Shown here in pieces: positions 38,528 through 48,944 of a stretch of DNA of 64,000 nt (positions within the stretch are counted from its first letter, which is position 1; each line of letters opens with the position of its first letter). Source of the DNA: an uncultured Candidatus Saccharibacteria bacterium (GTDB taxonomy: Bacteria > Patescibacteriota > Minisyncoccia > Phycocordibacterales > SBAW01). Location of the stretch: the NCBI GenBank assembly GCA_964650645.1, contig CAZYUH010000001.1, forward strand, positions 79,373 to 143,372, written 5' to 3'. The notes beneath the pieces were generated by a model that saw nothing but the letters and a program-made list of their open reading frames with translations, was not told where the DNA came from and did not search any database. The position numbers and the translations under genes are program-made.

Positions 38528-39121
38528 TCAACTTGCCAACACAGCCGCGGGGTAGTCGCCGCACCAGTCCCAGGAGAGCAAGTTGAAGCCCCAGTCCCAC
38601 ATGATGCCGTTCCAGTGCAGGTAGCGGACGCACAGGCTGCCATAGCGGAGGGGGTTGTAGACCGTCCCCCAGAAGAAGATGCTGTAGCGAGTATTCCCCG
38701 CCTTGTCCGCCTTCCAATCGTCAGGGATGAGGTTGGGGTTGGCCAGCAGATAGTCGAGGACGTTCGCGTTCAGCACAGGCTCGTCGGCCAGCCGCTGACG
38801 GAGCTTATCGCCCACAATGTAGCTGCCGCGCTTCTGGCTGTCGTCGAGATAGAGCTCGATTTGCGACGGGTCGAAGGTGAACTGGCCGTCCCGCTTGTGC
38901 TCTTCGACCGTCCAGCCTGCAATCACGAAGGGATCGGCGTCGCAGTCGATGACGATGGCGCCTGCGTCCTGCCCCTTGATGAGCTTGGCGACCCCTGCCT
39001 TCACGCGGCCCGACGACTTGCGGAACCGCTTGAGATGGTCCCGCCCCACGCCCAAACAGTCGAGGACTTCGAGAGTGGCCGTAATTTCGGAATACGGCGT
39101 TTCAGTAATCAGGCTCCCCAT
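38528..39121 (-). CDS. hypothetical protein (Trp-rich C-terminus)
   Basis: 197 aa ORF. Confidence 0.45.
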   Translation of the reverse strand: MGSLITETPYSEITATLEVLDCLGVGRDHLKRFRKSSGRVKAGVAKLIKGQDAGAIVIDCDADPFVIAGWTVEEHKRDGQFTFDPSQIELYLDDSQKRGSYIVGDKLRQRLADEPVLNANVLDYLLANPNLIPDDWKADKAGNTRYSIFFWGTVYNPLRYGSLCVRYLHWNGIMWDWGFNLLSWDWCGDYPAAVLAS

Positions 39122-39406
39122 TTCGGGTCTCCTTGTTTCTATACGCCAGCAGGCTCACCAAAGAATTCGGTTCGCCATAGCGGGAAACGGCCTTATGCAA
39201 GCCTCTTTCCGCTATGGCGAACGCAGGTGGCACATTAAAGAACTCCCCGCTACTATGCTACGCAATAGGGATATTTGTCAAACCATACCGCTGCCAATCG
39301 GAACTGAGCCCGAAAGCCCCAGACAGCGCGCTTCGCGCAGCAAATATCTTACCTTGAAGGATTTTCGGTTCCTTCAGTCGGAGGCTTTTCCATTTCCCCT
39401 GCCTGC

Positions 39407-40270
39407 TTATTCGATGGAATCCTCTCTGTAGCTTCCCAATACCTTGACCTCTTTTGCGATTCTCCTCAGGTCGTCTATCGCATGCTGCACGTCAGGGTCT
39501 TCGATTGAGCCTTCGAAGTCGAGATAGAAAAGGTAATGCCAGGGCGATTTCGGCACGGGGCGCGATTCGATTTTCGTAAGGTTTATGTTCCTGGAAGCAA
39601 AGCAGCCGAGCGCGGAGTATAAAAATCCGGTCACATCGCCGCCGGAAAATACCACGGAAGTCTTATGCGCACGCTCGCCGGACTGCTCAAAAGCAGGAGC
39701 CTTTTTGGCGATAATCAAAAAGCGCGTGTAATTTTGCAAATCATCCTGCATATCAGGCCGCAATACTTCTAGCCCGTGGATATTCGCCGCCTTTGCGCTT
39801 GCAATGGCCGCCTTTGACGGGTCATCCTGCTTCTTGATGAATCCGCAGGAAGCCGCCGTGTCGAAATACTCGACAAGCTTCGCCTGCGGCAGTTTCTGGT
39901 GAAGCGTATGCTGGCACTGGGCAAGCGCCTGCCAATGCGAATACACTTCGCGGATATCCGCGATATTCGCCCCTGGCAGGCCGATCAACTGGTGGCTCAC
40001 GTGAAGGTACGCCTCGCCTATGACCGCGAGATCATGCTGCGCGAGCAGGTCGAAATTGCGGTACACCGAGCCTGCCAGGGAGTTCTCGATCGGGACGATG
40101 CCGTATGCGAACTCGCCGCTGTCGGTCTTCTCGAACACCGTGTCGAAATCCTCGCAGCCCCGCAATACGGCCCGCTCGAGAGGCAGGCCGTTCTGGGCGA
40201 GGAATTTCTCAGCCGCCATTTCGCTGTATGATCCGGGAACGCCCTGGTAGCCGATTGTAAATTGTTCCAT
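39407..40270 (-). CDS. pheA: prephenate dehydratase (PDT + ACT domains)
   Basis: IGYQGVPGSYSE, TRF, ESRP motifs; start at MEQFT. Confidence 0.85.
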   Translation of the reverse strand: MEQFTIGYQGVPGSYSEMAAEKFLAQNGLPLERAVLRGCEDFDTVFEKTDSGEFAYGIVPIENSLAGSVYRNFDLLAQHDLAVIGEAYLHVSHQLIGLPGANIADIREVYSHWQALAQCQHTLHQKLPQAKLVEYFDTAASCGFIKKQDDPSKAAIASAKAANIHGLEVLRPDMQDDLQNYTRFLIIAKKAPAFEQSGERAHKTSVVFSGGDVTGFLYSALGCFASRNINLTKIESRPVPKSPWHYLFYLDFEGSIEDPDVQHAIDDLRRIAKEVKVLGSYREDSIE

Positions 40271-40317
40271 ATCCTGGCTATTGTACCGTTTTGAGTGCCA
40301 CCGGCTAAGCAGCATTA

Positions 40318-40430
40318 CGCTGCGCTACATGCTGGCCGTCTCGTGTTAGAACCGTGGTCGGTCAAGCCCCGCTTAGTCCGATTGGCTTCCTTTTAGCTTA
40401 TCAAAACGACGCGTCTCGTGCGCCTAGTTA
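40318..40430. repeat. att-like repeat A: tRNA-3'-end-like segment (GCTGGCCGTCTCGTGTTAGAACC) + TCAAGCCCCGCTTAGTCCG + CGACGCGTCTCGTGCGC
   Basis: Shares blocks with repeats at 43251-43375 and 43985-44060 and with the 3' end of tRNA-Gln. Confidence 0.6.
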
Positions 40431-40777
40431 TGGTCAGGACAACCACTCTTCGTGTAGCTTTCGTATGTCGCCCATGTAATCGGGGCAACTCCGCTAATTG
40501 ATTTCTTGATGAAATCTAAGTCCTCAGGGGTTAGCTCTTCCTCCTTTTCATAAGGCCCCCATTCAGCCATTTTCTCAATTAAATGTGAGACAAAGTAGGA
40601 CGTTTTTGAACCGTAAGTGCTAGATAGCTTTAAATTGCAGGAGAAATTATTTGAATGGGTCAGCACCACTGCGAGAGGTGCTTCCTCGGGGCCAGAGATA
40701 AAAACAATCGGGTGATAGGCCTCGGCGAAGCTTCTCTTTTTGCCGATTAATATGTCTCCTTCTTGAAAATTATTCAT
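40424..40777 (-). CDS. hypothetical protein (low GC)
   Basis: 117 aa ORF. Confidence 0.45.
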   Translation of the reverse strand: MNNFQEGDILIGKKRSFAEAYHPIVFISGPEEAPLAVVLTHSNNFSCNLKLSSTYGSKTSYFVSHLIEKMAEWGPYEKEEELTPEDLDFIKKSISGVAPITWATYESYTKSGCPDHN

Positions 40778-40815
40778 ATTTAAAAAGTGACAAAAGTGAC
40801 ACTTTTTACCAAAAA

Positions 40816-41847
40816 CTAGAACTGAACAAAAATCTGCTTATGATCCGAATCAATCCTTATTTGATTACCATAAGGCATTGGTATTTGCGGTTCGGTGTGC
40901 CCAAAGTCCATATTCTGCACAATAGGTATTTCCTTGTTATACGCTCGTACTGTTTTAACTATTACTTCTTGCTGTTCTTTCCGATAGGCATCTCGCTCTT
41001 CTGGATTTCGAAGCTTATCAAATTCACGAGCCTTAGCTCGTCCAACAACTACTCCTTTGATTCGTTCAAGGATGCCTCGTTCTCCAAACGCCCTAAAGAC
41101 TCGATTTACATAGTCAGCCGAAGGTATTTCTTCAGAAGTTTCCATCATGAGTACAATATTCTCAAATTGTTCTAGCGACGGAATCTGTACTCCGTGTCGT
41201 AACATTTCGTCAACTGACTCTACACAACCACCCCAGAGCAAGCCCTCACCATTTTTATTACCATCCCAAGACCAACCTGCATTTGGCTCATATTCACGTT
41301 CTTTGTCTAATTGAGTTTTGTCACCCCAATCCAGTCCAAGATCATTGAAGGACTCGCTGGGTAGTAGCTCAAATTCACCATCATCAAACAGAGCATGCTT
41401 TATGTACTTAACCGTGTACGGATTCATTTCTTTTTGATGTGCAAATTGTGTAAATAACGCCGCTCCGTAAAAGGATGGAGTTCCATTTAAAAAAAGAAAA
41501 TTAGCAAAGTGAGAATTGTCGCTAAAGCCAAAGAAAGGTTTTGGATTATTTGCAAATGGTTCACTTGGTAGGTTTTTAACATAGGTCACCTGAATATCCC
41601 CACCAAGCGTTGAAATGACAGCTTTTATATTTGGGTCAGAGAAAGCAGCGATTAGATCGTTAGCTTTCTCTTCCAGAGTAGCGTCTAACTTTGCTGTGGC
41701 AGGGTATTCTATCGGCTCAAGCTCAAAGATCTCTCGAAGACGTTTTAAACCAAGTTCGTGTACATGCGGCCAAACAGCAGAAGCAGCGAAGCTTGGTGAA
41801 ATGATTGCTACCTTGTCTCCTTTTTTTAGTTTCGATAACTCTTTCAT
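40816..41847 (-). CDS. S66 family LD-carboxypeptidase (LdcA/MccF-like)
   Basis: LKKGDKVAIISPS N-terminal nucleophile region and overall S66 pattern. Confidence 0.8.
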   Translation of the reverse strand: MKELSKLKKGDKVAIISPSFAASAVWPHVHELGLKRLREIFELEPIEYPATAKLDATLEEKANDLIAAFSDPNIKAVISTLGGDIQVTYVKNLPSEPFANNPKPFFGFSDNSHFANFLFLNGTPSFYGAALFTQFAHQKEMNPYTVKYIKHALFDDGEFELLPSESFNDLGLDWGDKTQLDKEREYEPNAGWSWDGNKNGEGLLWGGCVESVDEMLRHGVQIPSLEQFENIVLMMETSEEIPSADYVNRVFRAFGERGILERIKGVVVGRAKAREFDKLRNPEERDAYRKEQQEVIVKTVRAYNKEIPIVQNMDFGHTEPQIPMPYGNQIRIDSDHKQIFVQF

Positions 41848-41851
41848 AGAT

Positions 41852-42424
41852 TTAAAAATTTACTCTGCTCTTGATTAAATCAAACATCTTTTGATACCCC
41901 TGAGCATTTGGATGAAGTCCGTCAGCAAGGTCTGAGGTAGTATCCAAAACATCAAACATATCAATGAATTGGAAGCCGTGCTTGTCAGCTGTATCTTTCA
42001 TGACTGTATTGTATTTCTGAATTTCATCATTGAGAAAACGACTGCCCTTTGCCGAACGCCACTCGTCATTAACCTTGGTTGCACCGATGACGGTGATTTT
42101 GTTGGTAAAAGCTTTTGCTTGTGTGATGAGTTCTTCAAGGTTCTTCTGATAGTTAGTCAAAGGGACCTTATTAACATCAGACTCGTTCGGGTACTTTGAG
42201 TCATTGATACCGATAGCAAAAATTATATCTGACGGCTCTATCACTCCCGCTTCGATACTGAATCTTTTCAAAAGGTCTTCGCTAGTCTCGCCACATACAC
42301 CAAAGTTGTATAGATGACCGTAATCATCTGAAGATAGTGTTTTTCGTAGTCTTCCAGCCCAGCCCAAAGCTTCGCTATCGCAAGAGCCAAAAGTGATACT
42401 GTCTCCCCATACGCCGATTGTCAT
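41852..42424 (-). CDS. SGNH/GDSL hydrolase
   Basis: GDSIT block I, GIND block, DGLHPN block V. Confidence 0.85.
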   Translation of the reverse strand: MTIGVWGDSITFGSCDSEALGWAGRLRKTLSSDDYGHLYNFGVCGETSEDLLKRFSIEAGVIEPSDIIFAIGINDSKYPNESDVNKVPLTNYQKNLEELITQAKAFTNKITVIGATKVNDEWRSAKGSRFLNDEIQKYNTVMKDTADKHGFQFIDMFDVLDTTSDLADGLHPNAQGYQKMFDLIKSRVNF

Positions 42425-42876
42425 AATTAGATTATATCAAAATTACTTCAATCTCGTTGTCTCTTATAAAAATGATACTTTTTGACGATTTTCCTGATCG
42501 ACAATGTGTGAAATATAGAACTATATGGCGATAAATAAGTCGACTTTCCGACAATTTCATTTCGCAGTGCGATATCCACTCTCCAACGAGAACGACGGAT
42601 GTATAATGCAAGTACAAAAGGATCTACACAGCGGGTGACCTCTTAAATGACGGCCTGCGTATCTCTCGAAAGGATACGTGGGCCTTTTGCTTATTACCTA
42701 AGCAAAAACACAATGGAACAACTACAGTGGCATAACGAAGAACGAAAGGTCGATGACCTCCTTCCTCACGGGAAGAGCCCACGCAAAATCTCCAAGGAGC
42801 AGATGGCGAACCTCAAGAAGAGCCTTAGAATCTCCGAGGATATATTTACCTAAAGTTGTTTGATAAAGCACCTTTT

Positions 42877-43197
42877 TCATATGACTTCAATTGGATACAC
42901 ATCGGTTGCTGGCTCTTCGTATGGATGTGCGTCTCGAATCGCTTTTAGAACATCCTGAAGCTTGTCTTGTGAGCAAACTGTCTCAATACGCTCTTCAAGA
43001 ACCTCTTCGATTTTACCCACAGACCCGATTGTAGGATTCGCACCCTCCTCCGGTTTAAAACGACCTACACCTTTGAGAGTGAACGTGCAGTGGGAGTAGT
43101 TACCAATCTTTCCAGCACCAGCGTTACCCATAGCTTCACGCAATTTATCCGCATGGGATTCTGGGACATATACGACTATTTTGTAACGCTTTTCCAT
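42877..43197 (-). CDS. small PII/CutA-like protein resembling the Nif3 (YqfO) insert domain
   Basis: GNYSHCTFTLKGVGRFKPEEGANPTIG...HPYEEPATDVY. Confidence 0.4.
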   Translation of the reverse strand: MEKRYKIVVYVPESHADKLREAMGNAGAGKIGNYSHCTFTLKGVGRFKPEEGANPTIGSVGKIEEVLEERIETVCSQDKLQDVLKAIRDAHPYEEPATDVYPIEVI

Positions 43198-43250
43198 GGC
43201 TTTAATTGTATCGCGTTTGGAACAAAACCGCCTCAGCGGCGGTTTTGTTC

Positions 43251-43375
43251 ATCGACGCGTCTCGTGCGCGATAACCTCGCACGACTTGGCTGGCCGTCTC
43301 GGGTTCGAACTTTTCTGCATCAAGCCCTGCTTAGTCCGTTTAGCGGGTTTTCAAGTTGGAAACCGACGCGTCTTG
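43251..43375. repeat. att-like repeat B: hairpin CGTGCGCG...CGCACGA + tRNA-3'-end-like GGCTGGCCGTCTCGGGTTCGAAC + TCAAGCCCTGCTTAGTCCG
   Basis: Seen directly; homologous to repeats A and C. Confidence 0.6.
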
Positions 43376-43380
43376 TGATA

Positions 43381-43421
43381 TTGACAAAACTATATAAACC
43401 TGTATAATACTACAAGTAGTA
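43381..43421 (+). promoter_or_regulatory. sigma70-type promoter TTGACA-16nt-TATAAT followed by perfect palindrome TACTAC-AA-GTAGTA at the predicted TSS
   Basis: Consensus hexamers seen directly; 48 nt upstream of RBS AGGAGG and the 43469 start. Confidence 0.55.
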
Positions 43422-43468
43422 TTTCTGTTCCCACCATTTCCAGCCAGCCCTAAGGAGGGGCATATACC

Positions 43469-43846
43469 ATGACCAAGACTTCCCGTGATGTCCTCAGCCA
43501 GCTTGGCATTCTTTCCGCCGCCGTGGCCCTAATGTTCTGCGTCGCGGCACTCAACGCCAAGTCGTTGCCGCAGGCGGTCGTCACCGAATCCGGCATCGAG
43601 AACGCAATGATCGCCGAACCGGGCGCCATCCGCGACGGCCTGCCCGTCGGCGTCTCGCTCGCTCGATACAGCGTCACGACCGGCAAGGTGGTTACCATCT
43701 ATGGCAAGCCGATCACGACCTTCTGCAAGAGCGCCGGCTTCCCGAGCCACCAGATCCGTTGTCGAGATACCGCGTCGCCGTTCGACCTAAACGTCGCCGG
43801 TACGCAGCAGGCTGTCCGTCTCGGTCCCTGGTATACAGCCTCCTGA
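43469..43846 (+). CDS. small secreted/membrane-anchored protein, unknown function
   Basis: 125 aa; AGGAGG RBS; N-terminal hydrophobic segment. Confidence 0.55.
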   Translation: MTKTSRDVLSQLGILSAAVALMFCVAALNAKSLPQAVVTESGIENAMIAEPGAIRDGLPVGVSLARYSVTTGKVVTIYGKPITTFCKSAGFPSHQIRCRDTASPFDLNVAGTQQAVRLGPWYTAS

Positions 43847-43984
43847 CCGAGGACTCAAACGAACCCCGCCCGGACGTGATTTATTTCACGGCCGGGCGGT
43901 TCTTCTTTATTGCTTATGTTTCAGGTCTATATTTACATTCTATCGCTTTCAGCAATTTTGCTAAGCGATGCGTTTCGGGCGCTC

Positions 43985-44060
43985 AAGACCCGTAGGTGTC
44001 TCGTGCGCCAGAACCTCGCACGAATTGGCTGCCAGACTAGGATTCGGTCAAGAACATTTT
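43985..44060. repeat. att-like repeat C: hairpin + GGCTGCCAGACTAGGATTCG (exact duplicate of tRNA-Gln 3' end)
   Basis: 19-nt identity with 44204-44222. Confidence 0.65.
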
Positions 44061-44204
44061 TCTGCGCCGTCGCTTGAAAAATTTCTCGACCCTGCCGCCG
44101 CGACCCGGCCCGCTGGCCGGGTGCCCGCGGCCGCTTTCGAATCCCAGCGCGGCAGAAAAACAACATGCCCGCGGAGGCATGCTCCGCGAGCATTTGTTTT
44201 TTTG

Positions 44205-44275
44205 CTGCCAGACTAGGATTCGAACCTAGATAAACGGATTCAGAGTCCGTTGTCCTACCATTAGACGATCTGGCA
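44205..44275 (-). tRNA. tRNA-Gln (anticodon CUG), CCA not encoded
   Basis: Manual fold: acceptor UGCCAGA/UCUGGCA (U1-A72, G73), D stem GUCU, anticodon stem ACGGA/UCCGU loop CUCUGAA, T arm CUAGG-UUCGAAU-CCUAG. Confidence 0.8.
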
Positions 44276-44311
44276 ATACCCAGCCACGATAGCAAAAAAC
44301 GGCCGTTTTCG

Positions 44312-45952
44312 CTAGGCGACCTGGCGCTCGTTCGCCGCTTTTACAAAAGCCATAAAAAGCGGGTGCGGGGACAGCGGGCGCGAGAGGAATTCGGGGTGGA
44401 ACTGCGTCGCTAGCATGAACGGGTGGTCGGCTTTCGGGAGCTCGGCGATCTCGCACAGATTATGCTCGGGATTCATGCCGCTGAACACAAGCCCCGCCGC
44501 CGCGAGCCGCTCGACGTACTCGGGGTTCACTTCGTAGCGGTGGCGGTGGCGCTCCTTTATTTCCGCCTTGCCGTACGCCTCGCGGGCGATGGTGCCGTCC
44601 TTGAGCGCGCAGGCGTAGGAGCCCAGGCGCATCGTGCCGCCGTAATCGCCCTTGGCCAGCATGTCCTTCTGCCCCGGCATGATGTCGATGAGCACGTGCG
44701 GCGCGTCCTTGTCTATCTCGGCGGTGTTGGCGCCCTCGAGCCCCGCCTTGTGGCGCGCGTACTCGACCACCATGAGCTGCATGCCGTAGCACAGGCCGAA
44801 GTACGGGATGCGGTTCTCGCGGGCGTACCGCGCCGCCGCGATGATGCCCTCGACGCCGCGCGTGCCGAATCCGCCCGGCACGAGTATCCCGTTGTAGCCC
44901 GAAAGCTCCTTGAGCTTTTCGGGATCCTTCTCGTATTCCTCCGAGTCGAGGTACGAAAGCTCTATCTTCGCGCCGTTGTGGTAGCCGGCGGCCTTGACGG
45001 CCTCCAGCACGGAAATATAGGAATCGGCCAGCACGTAGTCGCCCGTCTCGAAGTACTTGCCCACTACGGCCACTTTGAGCGTTTTTGACGCGCCCTGCGC
45101 CAAGGCGCAGAACGCCTCCCACTCGCTCAAGTCGGTGGGACGCTTGTCGAGCCCCAGCACGTCGCACAGTATGTCGCCCATGCCGTCTTTCTCGTAATTG
45201 AGCGGCACGTCGTAAATGCTCTTTACGTCGGGGGCCGAGATGACGCGCTCGGGGCTCACGTTGCAGAAGGTGGCTATCTTCTCCTTGCGCTTGTCATCCA
45301 AAGGCACCGCCGCGCGCGCCAATATGACGTCGGCCTGCACGCCGGTGGAGTTGAGCTCGCGGCTGGCGTGCTGGGTGGGCTTCGTCTTCATCTCGCCGAT
45401 ATTGCCCGGGATGGGCACGTAGGACAGCAGTACCACGGCGACGTCAGCAGGGTGCATCTGGCGCAGCATGCGCGCCGATTCTATGAACAGGATGTTCTCG
45501 TACTCGCCCACCGTGCCGCCCACCTCGATAATGGAGACGTCCGCGCCCGCGGTAGCCTGCGCCTCCTTGATGCGGCGTATGACCTCCAAAGGGACGTCGG
45601 GCACCACCTGCACGTTGCGGCCCTTGTACTCCAAGTTGCGCTCGCGGCGTATCACCTCCTGGTACACGCGGCCGGTCGTCATGTAGTTGACGCTCGGCAG
45701 GGTTTCGTCCAGGAAGCGCTCGTAGTTGCCCATATCCTGGTCGGTCTCGTAGCCGTCCTCCATGACAAACACCTCGCCGTGCTCGGTCGGGTTCATCGTG
45801 CCGGCGTCGACGTTTATGTACGGGTCAATTTTAAGCGCGGTGACCCTGTAGCCCTTTGACTTGAGTATCCGCCCTATTGAAGAGGTAGCGATCCCTTTCC
45901 CTATCCCCGACATCACGCCCCCGACCACGAAGATATACTTGGGATTCGCCAT
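44312..45952 (-). CDS. pyrG: CTP synthase
   Basis: 546 aa from MANPKYIFVVGGVMSGIGKGI; GATase C-terminus GLCYGMQ; long upstream ORF extension rejected. Confidence 0.9.
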   Translation of the reverse strand: MANPKYIFVVGGVMSGIGKGIATSSIGRILKSKGYRVTALKIDPYINVDAGTMNPTEHGEVFVMEDGYETDQDMGNYERFLDETLPSVNYMTTGRVYQEVIRRERNLEYKGRNVQVVPDVPLEVIRRIKEAQATAGADVSIIEVGGTVGEYENILFIESARMLRQMHPADVAVVLLSYVPIPGNIGEMKTKPTQHASRELNSTGVQADVILARAAVPLDDKRKEKIATFCNVSPERVISAPDVKSIYDVPLNYEKDGMGDILCDVLGLDKRPTDLSEWEAFCALAQGASKTLKVAVVGKYFETGDYVLADSYISVLEAVKAAGYHNGAKIELSYLDSEEYEKDPEKLKELSGYNGILVPGGFGTRGVEGIIAAARYARENRIPYFGLCYGMQLMVVEYARHKAGLEGANTAEIDKDAPHVLIDIMPGQKDMLAKGDYGGTMRLGSYACALKDGTIAREAYGKAEIKERHRHRYEVNPEYVERLAAAGLVFSGMNPEHNLCEIAELPKADHPFMLATQFHPEFLSRPLSPHPLFMAFVKAANERQVA

Positions 45953-45960
45953 TCCGCCTA

Positions 45961-46890
45961 CTATATCTTGAGGTAGCGGCGCACGGCAAGGAACGAGGCT
46001 ATCGCGCCCAGGACGACGCCGGTGCCGACGATGACGCCGAAGAACATGAGGAAGTGCGACAGGTAGTACTGGAAGACGTTGACGCCGCCGAAGAAGCTGG
46101 CCGTCGCCGCGCCGAGCCACCAGGTGAGCGGGTAGAACAGGAGGAGCGTTATGATGCCCGCCACCAGGCCGTAGAGCATGCCCTCTATCATGAAGGGCGC
46201 GCGGATGAAGAAGCTACCCGCGCCCACGAGCCGCATGACGTGGATTTCGTCGCGCGAGCTGTATATGGCAAGCCGCAGGGTGTTGAACGAGATAGCGATG
46301 GTCGTGATGATGAGGATGGCGATGACGATGAGCCCCAGGCGCTGGGCCGAGTCGGTCACGCTCTGGAGGCGGTCGAGCGCGACGCGGTACTTGGCGTCAT
46401 AGAAGCTTATCTTGTCTATGGAAGTGGCGGCACCCTCGGTGGTGTCCTGGTCCTGGGCGAACTGCGCTATCGCCTCGTACTGGGAGATGTCGCGCGCGCG
46501 CACCTGGAGCGACGCCTCGAGCGGGTTCTGCCCCAGCTCTTCTAATGCCTGGAGCGCCAGCTGGTCGTCCTTGTAACGCTCGCGGAACTGCGCCAGCGCC
46601 TCGTCGCGCGACACGTAGCCGACCGAGACGACCTCGGGGCGCGCCTCAAGCGCGGACTTCAGCGAGAGGATGCGGTCCTCGGGCGTGTCCGTCAGGAAGT
46701 AGACGCTCACGTCGACCTTGTTCCTCAGCTCGCTGATGGTGGAGTTGAGCATCACGCCCGCGAATATGGTGATGCCCACGGCGAAGAGCGTCACGGTCAT
46801 GACGAGGATGGAGGCGAAGGAGACGAACGCGTTGCGCCAGAAGTCGAGGAAGCCTGCGCGGAATATCCTTTTTATGGTCACCCATTTCAT
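45961..46890 (-). CDS. ftsX: cell division permease FtsX
   Basis: 309 aa, 4 TM with large periplasmic loop, downstream of ftsE. Confidence 0.85.
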   Translation of the reverse strand: MKWVTIKRIFRAGFLDFWRNAFVSFASILVMTVTLFAVGITIFAGVMLNSTISELRNKVDVSVYFLTDTPEDRILSLKSALEARPEVVSVGYVSRDEALAQFRERYKDDQLALQALEELGQNPLEASLQVRARDISQYEAIAQFAQDQDTTEGAATSIDKISFYDAKYRVALDRLQSVTDSAQRLGLIVIAILIITTIAISFNTLRLAIYSSRDEIHVMRLVGAGSFFIRAPFMIEGMLYGLVAGIITLLLFYPLTWWLGAATASFFGGVNVFQYYLSHFLMFFGVIVGTGVVLGAIASFLAVRRYLKI

Positions 46891-46905
46891 AATTGTAGAG
46901 GTAGG

Positions 46906-47586
<681 letters not shown>

Positions 47587-47601
47587 ACCAACCCGTGTAT
47601 T

Positions 47602-48474
47602 TTACCCTACTTTTTCCTTTTCCAAAAAGGGCTCTATATCCCCTTCCAGCACTCCCTCGGCGTCATGCACCTCTGTGCCCGTGCGGTGGTCCTTGACAAG
47701 CTTGTACGGATGGAGGACATACGAGCGGATTTGCGAGCCCCACTCGATCTTCTTGCCGTCGGTCGCGAGGTCGGCGATGGCGTCCTTGCGCTCCTCTTCG
47801 AGCTGGCGCAGGAGCTTCGCTTTTACTATTGAAAGGGCCTTCTCGCGGTTGGCGCCCTGGGTGCGCTCGCCGTCGACGTGCGCCGAGATGCCGGTGGGAA
47901 GGTGCACGATGCGCACGGCGGTCTCGCGCTTGTTGACGTTCTGCCCGCCCGGGCCCGAGGAGCGCGCGACGGTAATCTCCAGGTCTTTCTCGTTAAGCTC
48001 GATGCCGGCGATTTTCTCGACTACGGGAAGGACTTCCACCAGGACGAACGAGGTCTGGCGCTTCTGGTTGGCGTTGAAGGGCGACTGCCGCACCAGGCGG
48101 TGCACGCCGTACTCGCCCTTAATGGCGCCGTACGCGCCCTTGCCGCTTATTTCGAAGCTCGCGTTGCGGTAGCCGCCGTGGTCGTTCACGTTCGAATGGA
48201 GTTCGCGCATGCCCCAGCCGCGCTTCTCAAAGAATTTGCGGTACATCTCGACGAGCATGCGGGCAAAGTCCTCGGCGTCGGCGCCGCCCGCGCCCGACAC
48301 GAACGAGAGTATCGCGCCGCCGCGGTCGTAGGCGCTGCCGCCCTCGGCTTGCGCCTTCAGCTCCTGCAGCTCCTTTATGAACGCCTGCGCCTCGGCCGGG
48401 TTCTGCCAGAAGTCCGGCGCGGCCATCGCGCCTTCGAGTTCCCTGATGCGGTTTTCCAACTCGGCCTTATCCAC
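47602..48474 (-). CDS. prfB: peptide chain release factor 2, no programmed frameshift, shortened domain 1
   Basis: SPF motif (RQSPFNANQ), GGQ (SGPGGQNVN); annotated start is GTG at 48474, 1 nt from tRNA-Thr; alternative ATG at 48426. Confidence 0.8.
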   Translation of the reverse strand: MDKAELENRIRELEGAMAAPDFWQNPAEAQAFIKELQELKAQAEGGSAYDRGGAILSFVSGAGGADAEDFARMLVEMYRKFFEKRGWGMRELHSNVNDHGGYRNASFEISGKGAYGAIKGEYGVHRLVRQSPFNANQKRQTSFVLVEVLPVVEKIAGIELNEKDLEITVARSSGPGGQNVNKRETAVRIVHLPTGISAHVDGERTQGANREKALSIVKAKLLRQLEEERKDAIADLATDGKKIEWGSQIRSYVLHPYKLVKDHRTGTEVHDAEGVLEGDIEPFLEKEKVG

Positions 48475-48475
48475 T

Positions 48476-48551
48476 TGGAGCCAGAGGCCGGGATTGAACC
48501 GGCGACCTGCGGTTTACGATACCGCCGCTCTACCAACTGAGCTACTCTGGC
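48476..48551 (-). tRNA. tRNA-Thr (anticodon CGU), CCA encoded
   Basis: Manual fold: GCCAGAG acceptor, anticodon stem GCGGU/ACCGC loop AUCGUAA, T arm GCCGG-UUCAAUC-CCGGC. Confidence 0.8.
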
Positions 48552-48588
48552 ACTCGCTAGCCTACCCAACGCAGCCCACGCTAACGTG

Positions 48589-48661
48589 AGCCGAAGGCCG
48601 GAATCGAACCGGCGACCTACTCCTTACCATGGAGTTGCTCTACCGACTGAGCTACTTCGGC
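48589..48661 (-). tRNA. tRNA-Thr (anticodon GGU)
   Basis: Manual fold: GCCGAAG acceptor, anticodon stem ACUCC/GGAGU loop AUGGUAA, T arm GCCGG-UUCGAUU-CCGGC. Confidence 0.8.
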
Positions 48662-48944
48662 GCGAACCCTGCTACAGTAGCCCATTTCAAGCCGTTTTTC
48701 AACGGCTGGCGCCCCGCCCCTACACCGAGCCCACCAGGCTGCGGGCGAACTCAAGCACGAGGTTGAGTATCGATATGAAGAACGTGATGACCAGCGTCAG
48801 GAACTGGAGCAGGAAATCCAATATGATGTGGAAAAAATTGCTTATGGCGTCCATGGGGGTAGTATACCAACCTTTTGCAAGCACTGAAAATAATAAAGCC
48901 CCGCACGCAAGCGTGCGGGGCTGCCTCTGGTGCTTCCGAAAAAT

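Noticed and set aside
42647-42853. 68-aa ORF in the AT-rich spacer between the SGNH hydrolase and Nif3-like genes
   Set aside because: It is short, has no RBS or domain, and is possibly a gene remnant. Evidence is insufficient to call it.
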